Source of the DNA: SAR202 cluster bacterium bin22
GTDB lineage: Bacteria; Chloroflexota; Dehalococcoidia; Lucifugimonadales; UBA3495
Length of the DNA: 64,000 bases
Assembly (NCBI GenBank): GCA_002238505.1
Contig: MPMM01000019.1
Coordinates: forward strand, 1,790-65,789
Reading direction: 5' to 3'
The number at the start of each line of letters is the position of its first letter. Position 1 is the first letter of the stretch. A model generated the notes under the pieces. The model made no database searches. It saw only the letters and a program-made list of their open reading frames with translations, and was not told the DNA's origin. Positions 28,121 to 38,331 of this stretch are shown here, piece after piece. The position numbers and the translations under genes are program-made.

Positions 28121-29062
28121 CTAAGAGAGATTTCCCCGCCATTCCGGCTCCACTTCCCGGCACATGTTCGTCTCCAGGTAAATGGGGCAGCGCGTGTGGA
28201 AACGGCAGCCGCTGGGCGGGTTGATGGGGCTGGCCACCTCGCCCCCTATGGTAGTGCCCATGGGGACATCCGGGTCAGGCTGAGGCACCGACGCCAGCAG
28301 GGCATTGCTGTATGGATGGAGCGTATTGCCGTAAAACTCGTCCCGCGTCGCCAGTTCCACCATCTTGCCCACGTACATAACCCCCACCCGGTGGCTCATG
28401 TGCTCAACTATGGCCAGGTCGTGGGAAATCAGCAGGTAACTCAGTCCCAGGTCCCGCTGCAGGTCCACCAGCAGGTTGAGAATCTGGGCCCGAATGGAAA
28501 CGTCCAGGCCGGAAACGGGCTCGTCCAGCACAATTAACCTGGGACGCAGCGCCAGGGCCCGGGCTATGGCGATGCGCTGCCGCTGTCCCCCGCTGAACTG
28601 GTGGGGAAAGAACGCTGCCGTCACCGGGTTCAGGCCCACGTTCTCCAGCAACTCGCCCACCCTCATTCGCAGGTCCCGACCCCTCAAGCCCTGGTGAACG
28701 CGCAGCGGCTCTCCGATGATGTCCATCACCTGCATTCTCGGGTTCAGCGAACTGTACGGGTCCTGGAATACGGCCTGCACCAGTCGCTTGTACTCCCGCA
28801 GGCCGCTGCCCCTGAAGCTGCTGACGTCCTTGCCCTGGAAGGAAATGGTGCCTCTGGTAGGTTGCTCCAGCAGCAGAATCATCTTGGCCACGGTCGTCTT
28901 GCCGCAGCCGCTCTCCCCCACCAGCGCAAAGGTTTCCCCTTCTTCCACGGAGAAGCTTACGCCGTCCACGGCCCGTATGGAGTCTCCGCCGCTGGACAGC
29001 CAGTTTCCGCCGCCCCGGAAATGCTTTGCCAGCCCCTCAACTTCCAGCAACTGGTTGGCCAC
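28121..29062 (-). CDS. Dpp/Opp ABC ATP-binding protein (DppF-like) with premature TAG just before the HxxACH motif
   Basis: GESGCGKTT, FPHQFSGGQRQR and GCRFHTRC. After the TAG at 28121-28123 the frame continues HLTACHKVEPAVV to a TAG at 28079. Confidence 0.85.
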   Translation of the reverse strand: MANQLLEVEGLAKHFRGGGNWLSSGGDSIRAVDGVSFSVEEGETFALVGESGCGKTTVAKMILLLEQPTRGTISFQGKDVSSFRGSGLREYKRLVQAVFQDPYSSLNPRMQVMDIIGEPLRVHQGLRGRDLRMRVGELLENVGLNPVTAAFFPHQFSGGQRQRIAIARALALRPRLIVLDEPVSGLDVSIRAQILNLLVDLQRDLGLSYLLISHDLAIVEHMSHRVGVMYVGKMVELATRDEFYGNTLHPYSNALLASVPQPDPDVPMGTTIGGEVASPINPPSGCRFHTRCPIYLETNMCREVEPEWRGNLS

Positions 29063-29063
29063 G

Positions 29064-30059
29064 TTACCTTCCCTCCTCGGTCAGCCAGCAGTGCACAAAG
29101 TCCTCGCCCCCCAGGGAAGTTCGGGGCGGATACTGCTCCTTGCACTTATCCATAGCCTCCGGACATCGGGGCCAGAAGGGGCACCCCTGGGGAATGCTTC
29201 TCAGGTCGGGCGGCTGCCCTTCAATCTGGTACAGCTTTTCCCGGCGCGCGCCCATGAGGGGCACCGAGTCCAGCAGGGCCCTGGTATAGGGGTGCTGCGG
29301 TTCCTTGTAAATCTGCCGCACTCTTCCGCTCTCGACGATGCGGCCGGCGTACATCACGTTGACCCGGTCGCACATCTGGGCAACTATGCCCAGGTCGTGG
29401 GTTACCCAGATGACGCTGGTGCCGCTGTCCTGCTGCAGATCCCGTATCAACCGCAGGAACTGGGCCTGGATCGTAACGTCCAGGGAGGTGGTGGGCTCAT
29501 CGGCGATTAGCAATTCCGGCTGGGTGGTAAGGCCCATGGCCGCCACCACCCGCTGTCTCATCCCCCCGCTGAACTGGTGAGGATACTGGCCCAGGCGAAG
29601 CTCCGGCCTGGGTATGCGGACCGCCCGCAAGGAATCAAGCACTCGCGCAATGGCCTGCTGACCTCGCTCTTTCAAATGCAGGCGCACCGGCTCCGCAACC
29701 TGTTCGCCCACCGTATAGACCGGGTTGAGCGACGTTTGAGGGTCCTGCATGACAATGGCCATGCGGTGCCCCCGGTAAGCCCTCATTTCGTGTTCGGTCA
29801 AATCCAGTAGGTTGTCGCCCTTGAACCAGATCTCGCCTTCAACTATGCGGGCGCCCGGCTGCGGCACCAGCCTCATCAGCGAAAGGCAGGTCATCGTCTT
29901 TCCGCTGCCCGACTCCCCCACCAGGCCCACGGCCTCCCCCTGGGCGACGGAAAAGCTAACCCCGTCCACCGCCTTCAGTACCGCGTTGCGCTGGAAGAAG
30001 TAGGTCTTGAGACCTTCAACCCTCAACAGTAAATCGTTGCCAGTGTCTTCTCTAAGCAT
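29064..30059 (-). CDS. Dpp/Opp ABC ATP-binding protein (DppD-like)
   Basis: GESGSGKT, YPHQFSGGMRQR and GCPFWPRC. Confidence 0.92.
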   Translation of the reverse strand: MLREDTGNDLLLRVEGLKTYFFQRNAVLKAVDGVSFSVAQGEAVGLVGESGSGKTMTCLSLMRLVPQPGARIVEGEIWFKGDNLLDLTEHEMRAYRGHRMAIVMQDPQTSLNPVYTVGEQVAEPVRLHLKERGQQAIARVLDSLRAVRIPRPELRLGQYPHQFSGGMRQRVVAAMGLTTQPELLIADEPTTSLDVTIQAQFLRLIRDLQQDSGTSVIWVTHDLGIVAQMCDRVNVMYAGRIVESGRVRQIYKEPQHPYTRALLDSVPLMGARREKLYQIEGQPPDLRSIPQGCPFWPRCPEAMDKCKEQYPPRTSLGGEDFVHCWLTEEGR

Positions 30060-30078
30060 TTAATCCGATACTCTGACC

Positions 30079-30200
30079 AGAAGCCTTTTCAAGATCCCTT
30101 CCCCCTTAAGGGGGGAAGGTCAGGATGGGGTAACACCCTCCCGGGAGTCGGCCCTGAACCCAACTGTCAGACCGCTTGGTGATTTCATAGACGGTTTCTA
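30079..30200. repeat. Element of the same family as 22795-22919
   Basis: Core CCCTTCCCCCTTAAGGGGGGAAGGTCAGGATGGGG. The end ...GACGGTTTCTA overlaps the dppC stop. Confidence 0.55.
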
Positions 30201-31097
30201 GAGTTGGCGACGCCTGGGGTCCAGCGTGTCCCGCAGCCAGTCGCCAAACAGGTTCAGGGACAACACCGCCGCCAGGATGCATAAGCCGGGGAACAGGGTT
30301 ATCCAGTAAGCCGACGTCAGGAACTCCCGTCCATCGGCCACCATCAGCCCCCAGGCTGGCTGGGGCGGCGGCACTCCCACCCCCAGGAAGCTGAGCGAGG
30401 ACTCCAGCAGGATCAGGTGCCCCACTTCCAGGGTGGCCAGGACGATTACCGTATTGAAAACGTTGGGCAGGATGTGCTTCAGCAATATCATCCAGGTCGG
30501 CGTTCCGATCACCTTGGCGATAGCCACGAAGTCTCGCTCGCGTACACTCAGGGTTTCCCCCCGCACAATACGGGCAAACCTGGCCGCCAGGAAGGGCGAC
30601 AGGATCAGAATCACGCTTTCAAAGCTGCGCCCCACCGCAAACACAAACACCAGAGCTACCAGGATTGTGGGCATGGCAAGAATGACCTCGATGCCTCGCT
30701 GCATCACGGCGTCCACCTTGCCGCCGGAGTAGCCCGATATCAGCCCCAGCACTACCCCGACGCCACCGCCCAGCCCAATTACAAACAGCGACAGGGAAAG
30801 GGAAACCCGGGCGCCAATAATCAGCCGGCTCAGAATGTCCCTGCCCAGCTTGTCGGTCCCCAGCAGATGATCGGCGCTGCCCTCTTCGTGCCAGACGGGC
30901 GGGGAAAATGAGGCGGCCATGTCCACCGCCACCGGGCTGTACGGTGCGATCCACTGTCCGAAGGCCGCAAAAATCATGAAGACCAGCAACACCAGGGACG
31001 GTATTTTCGGCGCTCGCCTCAGCCCGCCAAGAACTGAACGGGCCCGCACGGCCCAGACAGCAGTTGGGGATGCAATTTGCATGCTCGTGTTGGCCAT
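30198..31097 (-). CDS. Dpp/Opp ABC permease (DppC-like)
   Basis: HLLGTDKLGRD, KHILPN and LSFLGVGVPPPQPAWG. Confidence 0.92.
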   Translation of the reverse strand: MANTSMQIASPTAVWAVRARSVLGGLRRAPKIPSLVLLVFMIFAAFGQWIAPYSPVAVDMAASFSPPVWHEEGSADHLLGTDKLGRDILSRLIIGARVSLSLSLFVIGLGGGVGVVLGLISGYSGGKVDAVMQRGIEVILAMPTILVALVFVFAVGRSFESVILILSPFLAARFARIVRGETLSVRERDFVAIAKVIGTPTWMILLKHILPNVFNTVIVLATLEVGHLILLESSLSFLGVGVPPPQPAWGLMVADGREFLTSAYWITLFPGLCILAAVLSLNLFGDWLRDTLDPRRRQL

Positions 31098-31109
31098 TGG
31101 CTACCTGCC

Positions 31110-32030
31110 CTACTGGGTGTACTTGATGCGAGGATCAATCACGGCGTACATGATGTCCACAAACAAATTAATCAGAATGAAGAAGCTTCCGAAAACTATT
31201 ACCACTCCCTGGATTACGGGAAAGTCGCGCCGGACCACGCTCTGTACCGCCGACGTGCCAATGCCGGGCCAGGCAAATACCTGCTCCACCACCACGGACC
31301 CGTTCATAAATGCCCCCAGCACCAGGCTGCTGTACGTCAGCACCGGCAGCAGCGCGTTTCTCAACGCATGCTTGCCAATGACTACAACCTCCGGCAGGCC
31401 CTTGGCCCGGGCCATGGCCACGTAGTCGCTGTCCAGCACATCCAGCATGCTGGAACGCACCAACCGCACCATTCCCGCCATTACGCCCCAGCCCAGGGTG
31501 AAGCCGGGCAGTATGTAGGAGTGCCACTCCCCCTTGCCCGCCGGTGGCAGCAGCCCCCAGACCACGGCAAAAAGGATGATGAGCATGATCCCCAGCCAGA
31601 AGGGAGGCATAGATTGCCCAAGGAAGGCCAGCACCTTGGCCACCCAGTCCACCGGCGTATCCCGGTAAACCGCGCCCAATATCCCCAGTGGTAAGGAGAA
31701 TACCAGCGCGAATATCAGCGCGATCAGGCCCAGGGTGAACGTGGCCGGCATCCGTTCCACCAGTATCTGCGTAACGGGTATTCCGTTGCTTACCGAATCA
31801 CCCAGGTCCAGCCTGACCAGTTGGCCGAGAAACTTCAGGTATTGCTCGTGCACAGGCCTGTCCAGCCCCAGCTTGGCGGCCATTATTTCCCGGGCATCTA
31901 CCCCCGAGTTTCGGGCCGTAAATACCTCGGCCGGGTCGCCAATGGAGCGGGACAGAATAAACACCAGGGTTGCAATGAACCACAAACCCAGCAGTGCTTG
32001 AAATAAGCGAAACCCGATGTATTTGACCAT
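31110..32030 (-). CDS. Dpp/Opp ABC permease (DppB-like)
   Basis: QSMPPFWLG, RSSMLDVLDSDYVAMARAKG and IDPRIKY. Confidence 0.92.
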   Translation of the reverse strand: MVKYIGFRLFQALLGLWFIATLVFILSRSIGDPAEVFTARNSGVDAREIMAAKLGLDRPVHEQYLKFLGQLVRLDLGDSVSNGIPVTQILVERMPATFTLGLIALIFALVFSLPLGILGAVYRDTPVDWVAKVLAFLGQSMPPFWLGIMLIILFAVVWGLLPPAGKGEWHSYILPGFTLGWGVMAGMVRLVRSSMLDVLDSDYVAMARAKGLPEVVVIGKHALRNALLPVLTYSSLVLGAFMNGSVVVEQVFAWPGIGTSAVQSVVRRDFPVIQGVVIVFGSFFILINLFVDIMYAVIDPRIKYTQ

Positions 32031-32052
32031 GCAAAAGTCCTCGAATTAAAGG

Positions 32053-32085
32053 GTCTGCCGGCAACTCTCGCCGTCGCCGGCAGAC
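32053..32085 (-). terminator. Hairpin downstream of the second SBP gene
   Basis: GTCTGCCGGC...GCCGGCAGAC, followed on the minus strand by CCTTTAATT. Confidence 0.5.
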
Positions 32086-32127
32086 TGTTACCTCAATACT
32101 GAATGAGGTACGGGGAAAGCCCTCCCC

Positions 32128-33921
32128 TTACGGCCTTATCGTCCAGTGGTTATGGGGATAGGGCTTGCCCGTTATGGGAGTCCACGTGCCCACCTTGTCG
32201 CTGGCGCCGAACACTGCTCCGGCCTCCAGCAGGGGGCCCGCCCAGAAGTCCCGGTTCAGCAACCGGTGGAAGTCGGCCATAGCATCGTGCTGGTCCTGCA
32301 GGTCAAAGGACGAACCCGCCTTGTCCAGCAGGGGATCGAGGATTCCGGGCAACCGCATCATCTGCCGCCGGCCCTCGGAATGGTAGTAAATGTGCGACCC
32401 GCGATACGAGTGCAGGCGGGTGTCGCTGCCACGAACCGCTATCTGGTAAGGCGGCTGTTCCTTTACGATGGTCTCTATCTCGTCAGGGGTCTTGATGGCG
32501 TTGTCGAAAGTCTCGCGCAGCACCGGCCCGTCAACCACCGAAACGAAAGTGCTGAGGCCAATGGCTTCCAGGTAGCCCGCCACCGCTTCCGACAGTCCCG
32601 GCTGGTCCACAAAGTCCGCATCGCCGGAGAAGGTCAGAATCTCAATCTCGGCCCCTGCAAAGTCGGCTTCCTGAATTAGCTGCGCCGCCCGCTGTGGGTC
32701 ATATGGGTGCGGTTCCACGTCGCCGGGGTAACCGATGTTGCCCTCAACCACCCAGTAGCAGCATGCCGGCGTGGTCTGCCCGGCATACAGGCCGGTACCG
32801 ATGGCTTCCCGGTCAATGGCAATGGAAATAGCTTCCCGGATGCGCTTGTCGTTGAAGGGATGGCCGGGAACCCACGCATAGTTGTACCAGATCCACGAAA
32901 TGTTGGCCGACGGCGACTGGAGAATCTGGAGGTCGGCTGACTGCAGTTCATCCACGCTGCGCACCGACGCCGTAATCAGGTCGGCGTTGCCGCTCTTGAG
33001 CATCGCCATCCTGGTATTCAGTTCGGCCACGTCCCATATCTGCAGAACATTGTATCCGGGGTTTTTCTCGTAATGGTCCCTGAAGGCCTCCATCTGGATG
33101 TACTGGCCAGGAACCCGGTCTGCCCACTTGTACGGGCCCGAGCCAACGGGGGCTTCCCGGAAGTTATCAATGCCGCCTACGCTCTCAAAGTGGGCCTGCG
33201 GGAACACCACCGACCTGGGAGGAGACGCGGAAGCAAAGAACAGGGGCAGCGTGGACTGGGGCGTTTCGGTGGAAACGCTTACCGTGTTGCCCGACACTGT
33301 AAAAGCGCTGGTGAGCAGCGGGCCTACTTCCAGGGCGAACCCGCCCAGTGAGTCCTCTCCCACGGCCCGGTTCCACGTCCAAGCCACATCCTCCGGCGTA
33401 ATGTCATCGCCGTTGTGGAATTTCATCCCCTCGCGAATGGTGAAGGTCCACGTCAGTTGGTCCTCGGACACTTCCCATTTTGTGGCGAACCCCGGAGTCA
33501 GGGTCCCGTCGGGATTCTGACCAATGGCGTAGTCGAACACCTCGTCGTAATACACCTTGGTGGCGCTGTCCTGGGAGATGTTGGTGTCCACCCCCTGGAA
33601 GCCCAGGTAGGAACTGACTGAGATAATGGAACCCACGGGATCCACCCTGCCAGGCAGATCGCCAGACTCCGGTATCTGCACCGGAGTGGGAGTGGCAATC
33701 ACTATCGTTTCGACTTCCTTGATCGTCTCGACTTCCCTGATCGTCTCGACTTGCGTCTCCACCTCCACCGGTACTTCCTTCTCTACCTCCACCTCACGGA
33801 TGGTCTCAACTTCAACAGGCACCTCTACCGTTCGTTCGACCACCTGTGGCTCAGCCGCTCCGCAAGCCACCAGCAGTGTCATGCAAAACAAACATCCCAA
33901 TAAAACCAGTGAAACCTTCAT
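32128..33921 (-). CDS. Family 5 ABC substrate-binding lipoprotein
   Basis: Start at ATG 33921 (MKVSL) after GGTGAGG. Lipobox LVAC, VEVETIREV repeat linker, GMKFHNG, VGSGPY and REAISIAIDR. Confidence 0.9.
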   Translation of the reverse strand: MKVSLVLLGCLFCMTLLVACGAAEPQVVERTVEVPVEVETIREVEVEKEVPVEVETQVETIREVETIKEVETIVIATPTPVQIPESGDLPGRVDPVGSIISVSSYLGFQGVDTNISQDSATKVYYDEVFDYAIGQNPDGTLTPGFATKWEVSEDQLTWTFTIREGMKFHNGDDITPEDVAWTWNRAVGEDSLGGFALEVGPLLTSAFTVSGNTVSVSTETPQSTLPLFFASASPPRSVVFPQAHFESVGGIDNFREAPVGSGPYKWADRVPGQYIQMEAFRDHYEKNPGYNVLQIWDVAELNTRMAMLKSGNADLITASVRSVDELQSADLQILQSPSANISWIWYNYAWVPGHPFNDKRIREAISIAIDREAIGTGLYAGQTTPACCYWVVEGNIGYPGDVEPHPYDPQRAAQLIQEADFAGAEIEILTFSGDADFVDQPGLSEAVAGYLEAIGLSTFVSVVDGPVLRETFDNAIKTPDEIETIVKEQPPYQIAVRGSDTRLHSYRGSHIYYHSEGRRQMMRLPGILDPLLDKAGSSFDLQDQHDAMADFHRLLNRDFWAGPLLEAGAVFGASDKVGTWTPITGKPYPHNHWTIRP

Positions 33922-34077
33922 ATTCCTCACCTTCCGCCTGAATGTAGTCTCGAAGCGCTGCCGAATTCCCTCAGGATTTCGGCGAAGATTCAATGCTCTG
34001 TGCAGACCTCTCTTGACCGTTCAACTTTTCCCGGGGCTTGCCCCTTTACCCATAGGTGACCCCGGAAAATTGGCGGG

Positions 34078-34106
34078 ATTATAACTAGGTGGAATTACAG
34101 TGTCAA
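34078..34106 (-). promoter_or_regulatory. Consensus sigma70 promoter of the second Dpp-type operon
   Basis: Perfect TTGACA-N17-TATAAT on the minus strand, with an AT-rich upstream region. Confidence 0.8.
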
Positions 34107-34775
34107 ATAGTGGCATTAGGCATATATTATCTTAGTTAATATTCTAAAGATGCATGTGTTTCGTTACTCAATCTGATTCTGTTGGGTCAAACCGTACATA
34201 GCTGCATCGGAATACTTCAAAGACAGGGCAGTAGCCGTCCCAGAAATACCCCTGGCTGAACGATTTCTGCAAAGAAAAGAGTGGGTATGGCCGTCCAATT
34301 GACCCAGAGTCAGCCCCAAACAGCCAAGTTTCCGACCTGAACGGCAAACGCTGAATGGCCAACCTGCGAGAGGAAAACTGTACGGTAGATGAGGGGGAGC
34401 GAATGTGGTTGGGGGTACCCAGCCGGCCCGGGTCGCTGTCAGTTGTGGAGAAACGCCAGCAACGGCACAGCCAAGCCATGCGGCATTCCCTTAGGTGGTC
34501 GCGTGCAGGTGATCGGGTACCCGCAGGAGTGGTTCGCGAACCGCCCCTGCGGGTGGCCTTGATTGCTGTCCAATCGTCAAACCGCTTGACCTGGAACGCT
34601 GCCGCCAGGTCATAACCGGCCGTCACACTGCCATTATTGTATATAAGGGACTGGTTGTGTCCCCTTCATTCCGAGGGGAGCCGGGAATCGATACCCCTGC
34701 GGCAGCCTGGCCCGCTGGGATTCTTCTCCTCACCATTCCTCAGAGTGCCGGCCTCAGAGTTCCAGCTTTGCTCCA

Positions 34776-35186
34776 TCAGTCCATTGGCGCCTTGTGTAGC
34801 CAGCCCGGCTCAGAGATGTCCAGCACCTGCCCGTTGGGGCCGGACCACTTCTCCTCGGCGCGGGGCGGGCGCGTCTCGCCGGGGCCGGCAATATCGCGCC
34901 GGACAATCTCTTCCCCGTCAATCTCCCGCAGTCTGGCGCCCGTTTCCTGGAGGCTGTCCACCTGGAAACCGATGTGGTGAATCCCGCTGTAATTCTCGCC
35001 ATTGGGACCAACGTCGGCGTCCGCATTCGTCTTCCACTTGAGCAGAGTCAGGTTAATATCGCCGTCGGTCAACTGGATTTGCCGTTCGTTGCGGGCAACT
35101 TCCACCAGGTCAAAGCCCTGCTTGTAGAACTCGGCCACTGCGACCGGGTCCTCGCAGGTGATGGCAACATGCTTGATCTTGGCCAC
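34776..35186 (-). CDS. VOC/glyoxalase-family protein
   Basis: IKHVAI, LTDGDINLTLL, GIHHIGFQVD and GPNGQVLDISE; GGAGG RBS and GTG start. Confidence 0.85.
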   Translation of the reverse strand: MAKIKHVAITCEDPVAVAEFYKQGFDLVEVARNERQIQLTDGDINLTLLKWKTNADADVGPNGENYSGIHHIGFQVDSLQETGARLREIDGEEIVRRDIAGPGETRPPRAEEKWSGPNGQVLDISEPGWLHKAPMD

Positions 35187-35297
35187 GGGTTCACCTCCGA
35201 ATCCGATTTCGGCACATTATACATTTCTTCAAAGGGATCGGACACAATGCCACCATCCCCGGGCACGCCAATCGCCTTCCAGCCTTGCCACAACCCC

Positions 35298-35680
35298 GTC
35301 GTTCCCGCGCCGGCGGGAACCTCGCACATGGAAGGAATTACGGTTAATGTGAAATTCCCCAAACGCGACACCTCATACTCCCCGTAGGGGCAGACCTGTG
35401 TGTCTGCCCTGTGTCCCACCCATTCAACCAAACCCCATCGGTGAAAATTCGTCCCCCTTCGTGGATTACCTCTCCCCCGTGGACTGACTCTCCCCGTTCA
35501 TCCTGAGCTTGTCGAAGGACGTGCCCCTTCCTGGGACAACACTCCCTTCCCACCCTGGATAACCCACCCCTACCATCAAGAAATAATAACCAAAAGAGAG
35601 CCGCCCCACCGTAGGGGCGGGTTTGAAACCCGGCCCGCCGCCACCCACAAACCAATGTCGTCCTGAGCTTGCCGAAGGAC
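35298..35680. repeat. Mosaic of several short palindromic repeat families
   Basis: GTCGTTCCCGCGCCGGCGGGAAC (35298), GTAG-REPs (35384, 35611) and TCCTGAGCTTG.CGAAGGAC (about 35500 and 35660). A roughly 50-bp block (35544-35594) is shared with 51242 and 51500. Confidence 0.75.
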
Positions 35681-35940
35681 TTCAAATCCTCCCCTTCATT
35701 CCCCTTCCGGCTCCGAATGTCTGTCCGTGAAGTGAAAGCCGAACTCCTCGCCGAAGCCAGGCCGCAGACCTCGGCCACGGTAACTACAATGCCACCGAAA
35801 AGATCCCCTCCACATCAAGCAGAACCTTCAAGTCTTCAACAAACCGCGACTCCAGCGTAAAATTTATACATGGGACCACTCCTTCTGACCTTTTCCCCGC
35901 CGTGTTTCCCCACGACTCTGCCACTTGACGAGTCTGTCTG

Positions 35941-38331
35941 ATGGCTGCACTCCCTGGCCTATCCTCCTGCGGCCGCGTCCTGCTGCGTCTCCTCCTTGGC
36001 TCCCGCCGGCCCCTGACCGGCGGCCAACTGGAGGTAGCGGGCCTCCACGGCCCGGTCACCGTAAACCGGGACCGGTACGGCATTCCGATGATCGAGGCCG
36101 ACGATGAACTGGACGTATTCTTCGGATTCGGCTTCTGCCAGGGCCAGGACCGGGCCGTACAGATTGAGCTATCCAAGCGGGCCGCCACCGGAACCCTTTC
36201 CGAGCTCTTCGGAAAGGCCACCTTGCCCGTGGACCGACTCATCCGCAGGGCGGGGCTTCGGCCGGCCGCGGAAGCCCAGTTTGCCGTACTGGAACCTCGC
36301 ATAAAGTCAATCATCACCGCCTTTGCCTCGGGCGTGAACGCCGGCCATTCCCTGGGCCTGCCGCGCCGGCCCCACGAACTGGTCTTGGTGCGGGGGGAAC
36401 TCACCGACTTCACCCCCATCGACGTGGTTTCCATAATGAAGCTGCAGTCAATGGTGATGCCCTCCAACTGGGACTCGGAGCTTGCCAGGCTGATGATCTT
36501 CAACCTCGACGGACCGGAGGCACTCCTGGCTCTAGACCCCCAATACCCCGAGTGGCACCAGGTCCCGGCGCCGCCGGCCGGCATAGCTGGCAACGCGGCC
36601 GAGCGCCTGGCCGAAGACCTGGCCGCGTTGCAGGAAACCATGGGAACGGGCGGCGGCTCCAACGGCTGGGCCGTATCGGGCAGCAGGACCAGGTCAGGCC
36701 GCCCCTTGCTGGCCAACGATCCTCATCTCTCCGCCACGCTGCCTCCCCACTGGTACCTGGCGCGGCTTCAGTCGCCGCAGTGGGCCCTGGCCGGCGCCGC
36801 CCTGCCCGGAACCCCGGCTATGGCCCTGGGTCACAACGGAACCTGTGCCTGGGGCGTAACCGCCGGTCTCATTGACAACACCGACCTGTTCCTCGAACAA
36901 ATCGGCCCCGATGGTCAGTCGGTTCTGGAAGACGGCCAATACATCCCCTGCCAAATCCGCAATGAAATAATCGGGATCAGGGGCGGTGACTCTGTGGAAG
37001 AGGAAGTCCTGGTCACCCCCCGGGGGCCCATAATCGGTCCTGCTTTGGGGGACGACCTTGGCGCCATTTCCATGCGGGCCCTCTGGCTGGATCCCCTCCC
37101 GTTGCGGGGCTTCCTCGAGTCGCTGGAGGCAACCTCCTTCGAGCAGTTCTTCGCGCCCTTCGCCCAATGGCCCATTCTCCCCCTCGGCATGGTCTATGCC
37201 GACAGCCACGGCAACATCGGCTACCGCATGGTCGGGCAGGCGCCGGTACGCCACAAGGGTTACGGCACCATGCCGGCCCCCGGGTGGATCAAGGGAGTCC
37301 AGGGGGGCGAGGAAGTCGCGGGCTCCGGCTGGGCCAGCGAAGGCGTCCCCTTTAGCGAGATGCCCAGCGTCCTTAACCCCGCGTGCGGCTACATCGCCGC
37401 CGCCAACACCCAGCCCGAATCCCACGGCTCCGGGCCCTTCCTGGGCGTGGACTGGGTTGATGGTTACCGGTTGGGCCGTATCCTGGAAGCTTTGGAGGCA
37501 CGGTCGGACTGGGACATCAGCTCTTCGGCCTCCTTGCAGCTCGATGTAAAGTCCATGCCCTGGGAGGAAATGCGGGAGACCATTCTCTCCGGTCCCTCTG
37601 CCAGCGCCGAGTCCCGTGCCGCGCGGGAGTTGCTTCAGGCATGGGACGGCAGAATGGCTTCCGATTCCCCGGCCGCAACCCTGTTCCAACTCTTCGTGGC
37701 CGAACTCTCCAACCGTACAGCGCGGGCAAAGGCCCCCCGTTCTTTCCCCTGGGCGCTGGGACGCAGCGTAAATCCGGTAATCGGCAGTTCCCTGTTTGCG
37801 GCCCGCCAGACCGGCCGCGTCTCCAGGCTGCTGAAGTCCCTGCCTGAGGGCTGGTTCCCCGGCGGCTGGCAGGCTGAGATCGACGACGCCCTGCGCTCGG
37901 CGTACCTGGCCGCAGTCGACCGGCTGGGCGAACCCTCAGACCGCTGGCAATGGGGTCGCGCCCGCAGCGCGGCGGTCCTTACCCATCCCCTGGGCCGGCT
38001 GCCCGTGGTGGGTTCCATCTTCAACCTCGGCCCCTTTGCCTTCCCCGGAGACGCCAACACCGTTGCCCAGGCCGGAGCCTTTCGCGAAGACCCCCTCGCC
38101 CGCCCGGGCGTCCTGCCCTCCTTGCGCATGGTCCTGGACCTCGGCAACTGGGACAACTCTCTGTTTTCCCTGCCCGGTGGACAGTCGGGCAATCCCCTGT
38201 CGCCCCACTACGCCGACCTGCTGCCCGCCTGGCTGAATGGAACCGGTGTACCAATACCCTGGACCCGCAAAGCCATCGAGGATGCCACCGTGGAAACCCT
38301 CCTGCTCAATCCAGAAGCCTTGTCGCCGTAA
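35941..38331 (+). CDS. Penicillin acylase family (Ntn-hydrolase) protein
   Basis: RDRYGIP, GQDR, GSNGWAVSG (nucleophile Ser), LANDPHL and PGGQSGNPLSPHYAD. Confidence 0.92.
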   Translation: MAALPGLSSCGRVLLRLLLGSRRPLTGGQLEVAGLHGPVTVNRDRYGIPMIEADDELDVFFGFGFCQGQDRAVQIELSKRAATGTLSELFGKATLPVDRLIRRAGLRPAAEAQFAVLEPRIKSIITAFASGVNAGHSLGLPRRPHELVLVRGELTDFTPIDVVSIMKLQSMVMPSNWDSELARLMIFNLDGPEALLALDPQYPEWHQVPAPPAGIAGNAAERLAEDLAALQETMGTGGGSNGWAVSGSRTRSGRPLLANDPHLSATLPPHWYLARLQSPQWALAGAALPGTPAMALGHNGTCAWGVTAGLIDNTDLFLEQIGPDGQSVLEDGQYIPCQIRNEIIGIRGGDSVEEEVLVTPRGPIIGPALGDDLGAISMRALWLDPLPLRGFLESLEATSFEQFFAPFAQWPILPLGMVYADSHGNIGYRMVGQAPVRHKGYGTMPAPGWIKGVQGGEEVAGSGWASEGVPFSEMPSVLNPACGYIAAANTQPESHGSGPFLGVDWVDGYRLGRILEALEARSDWDISSSASLQLDVKSMPWEEMRETILSGPSASAESRAARELLQAWDGRMASDSPAATLFQLFVAELSNRTARAKAPRSFPWALGRSVNPVIGSSLFAARQTGRVSRLLKSLPEGWFPGGWQAEIDDALRSAYLAAVDRLGEPSDRWQWGRARSAAVLTHPLGRLPVVGSIFNLGPFAFPGDANTVAQAGAFREDPLARPGVLPSLRMVLDLGNWDNSLFSLPGGQSGNPLSPHYADLLPAWLNGTGVPIPWTRKAIEDATVETLLLNPEALSP

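Noticed and set aside
34168-34700. ORFs or ncRNA in the long intergenic region upstream of the second Dpp operon
   Set aside because: No recognisable protein or RNA family; only a REP-like fragment near 34530.
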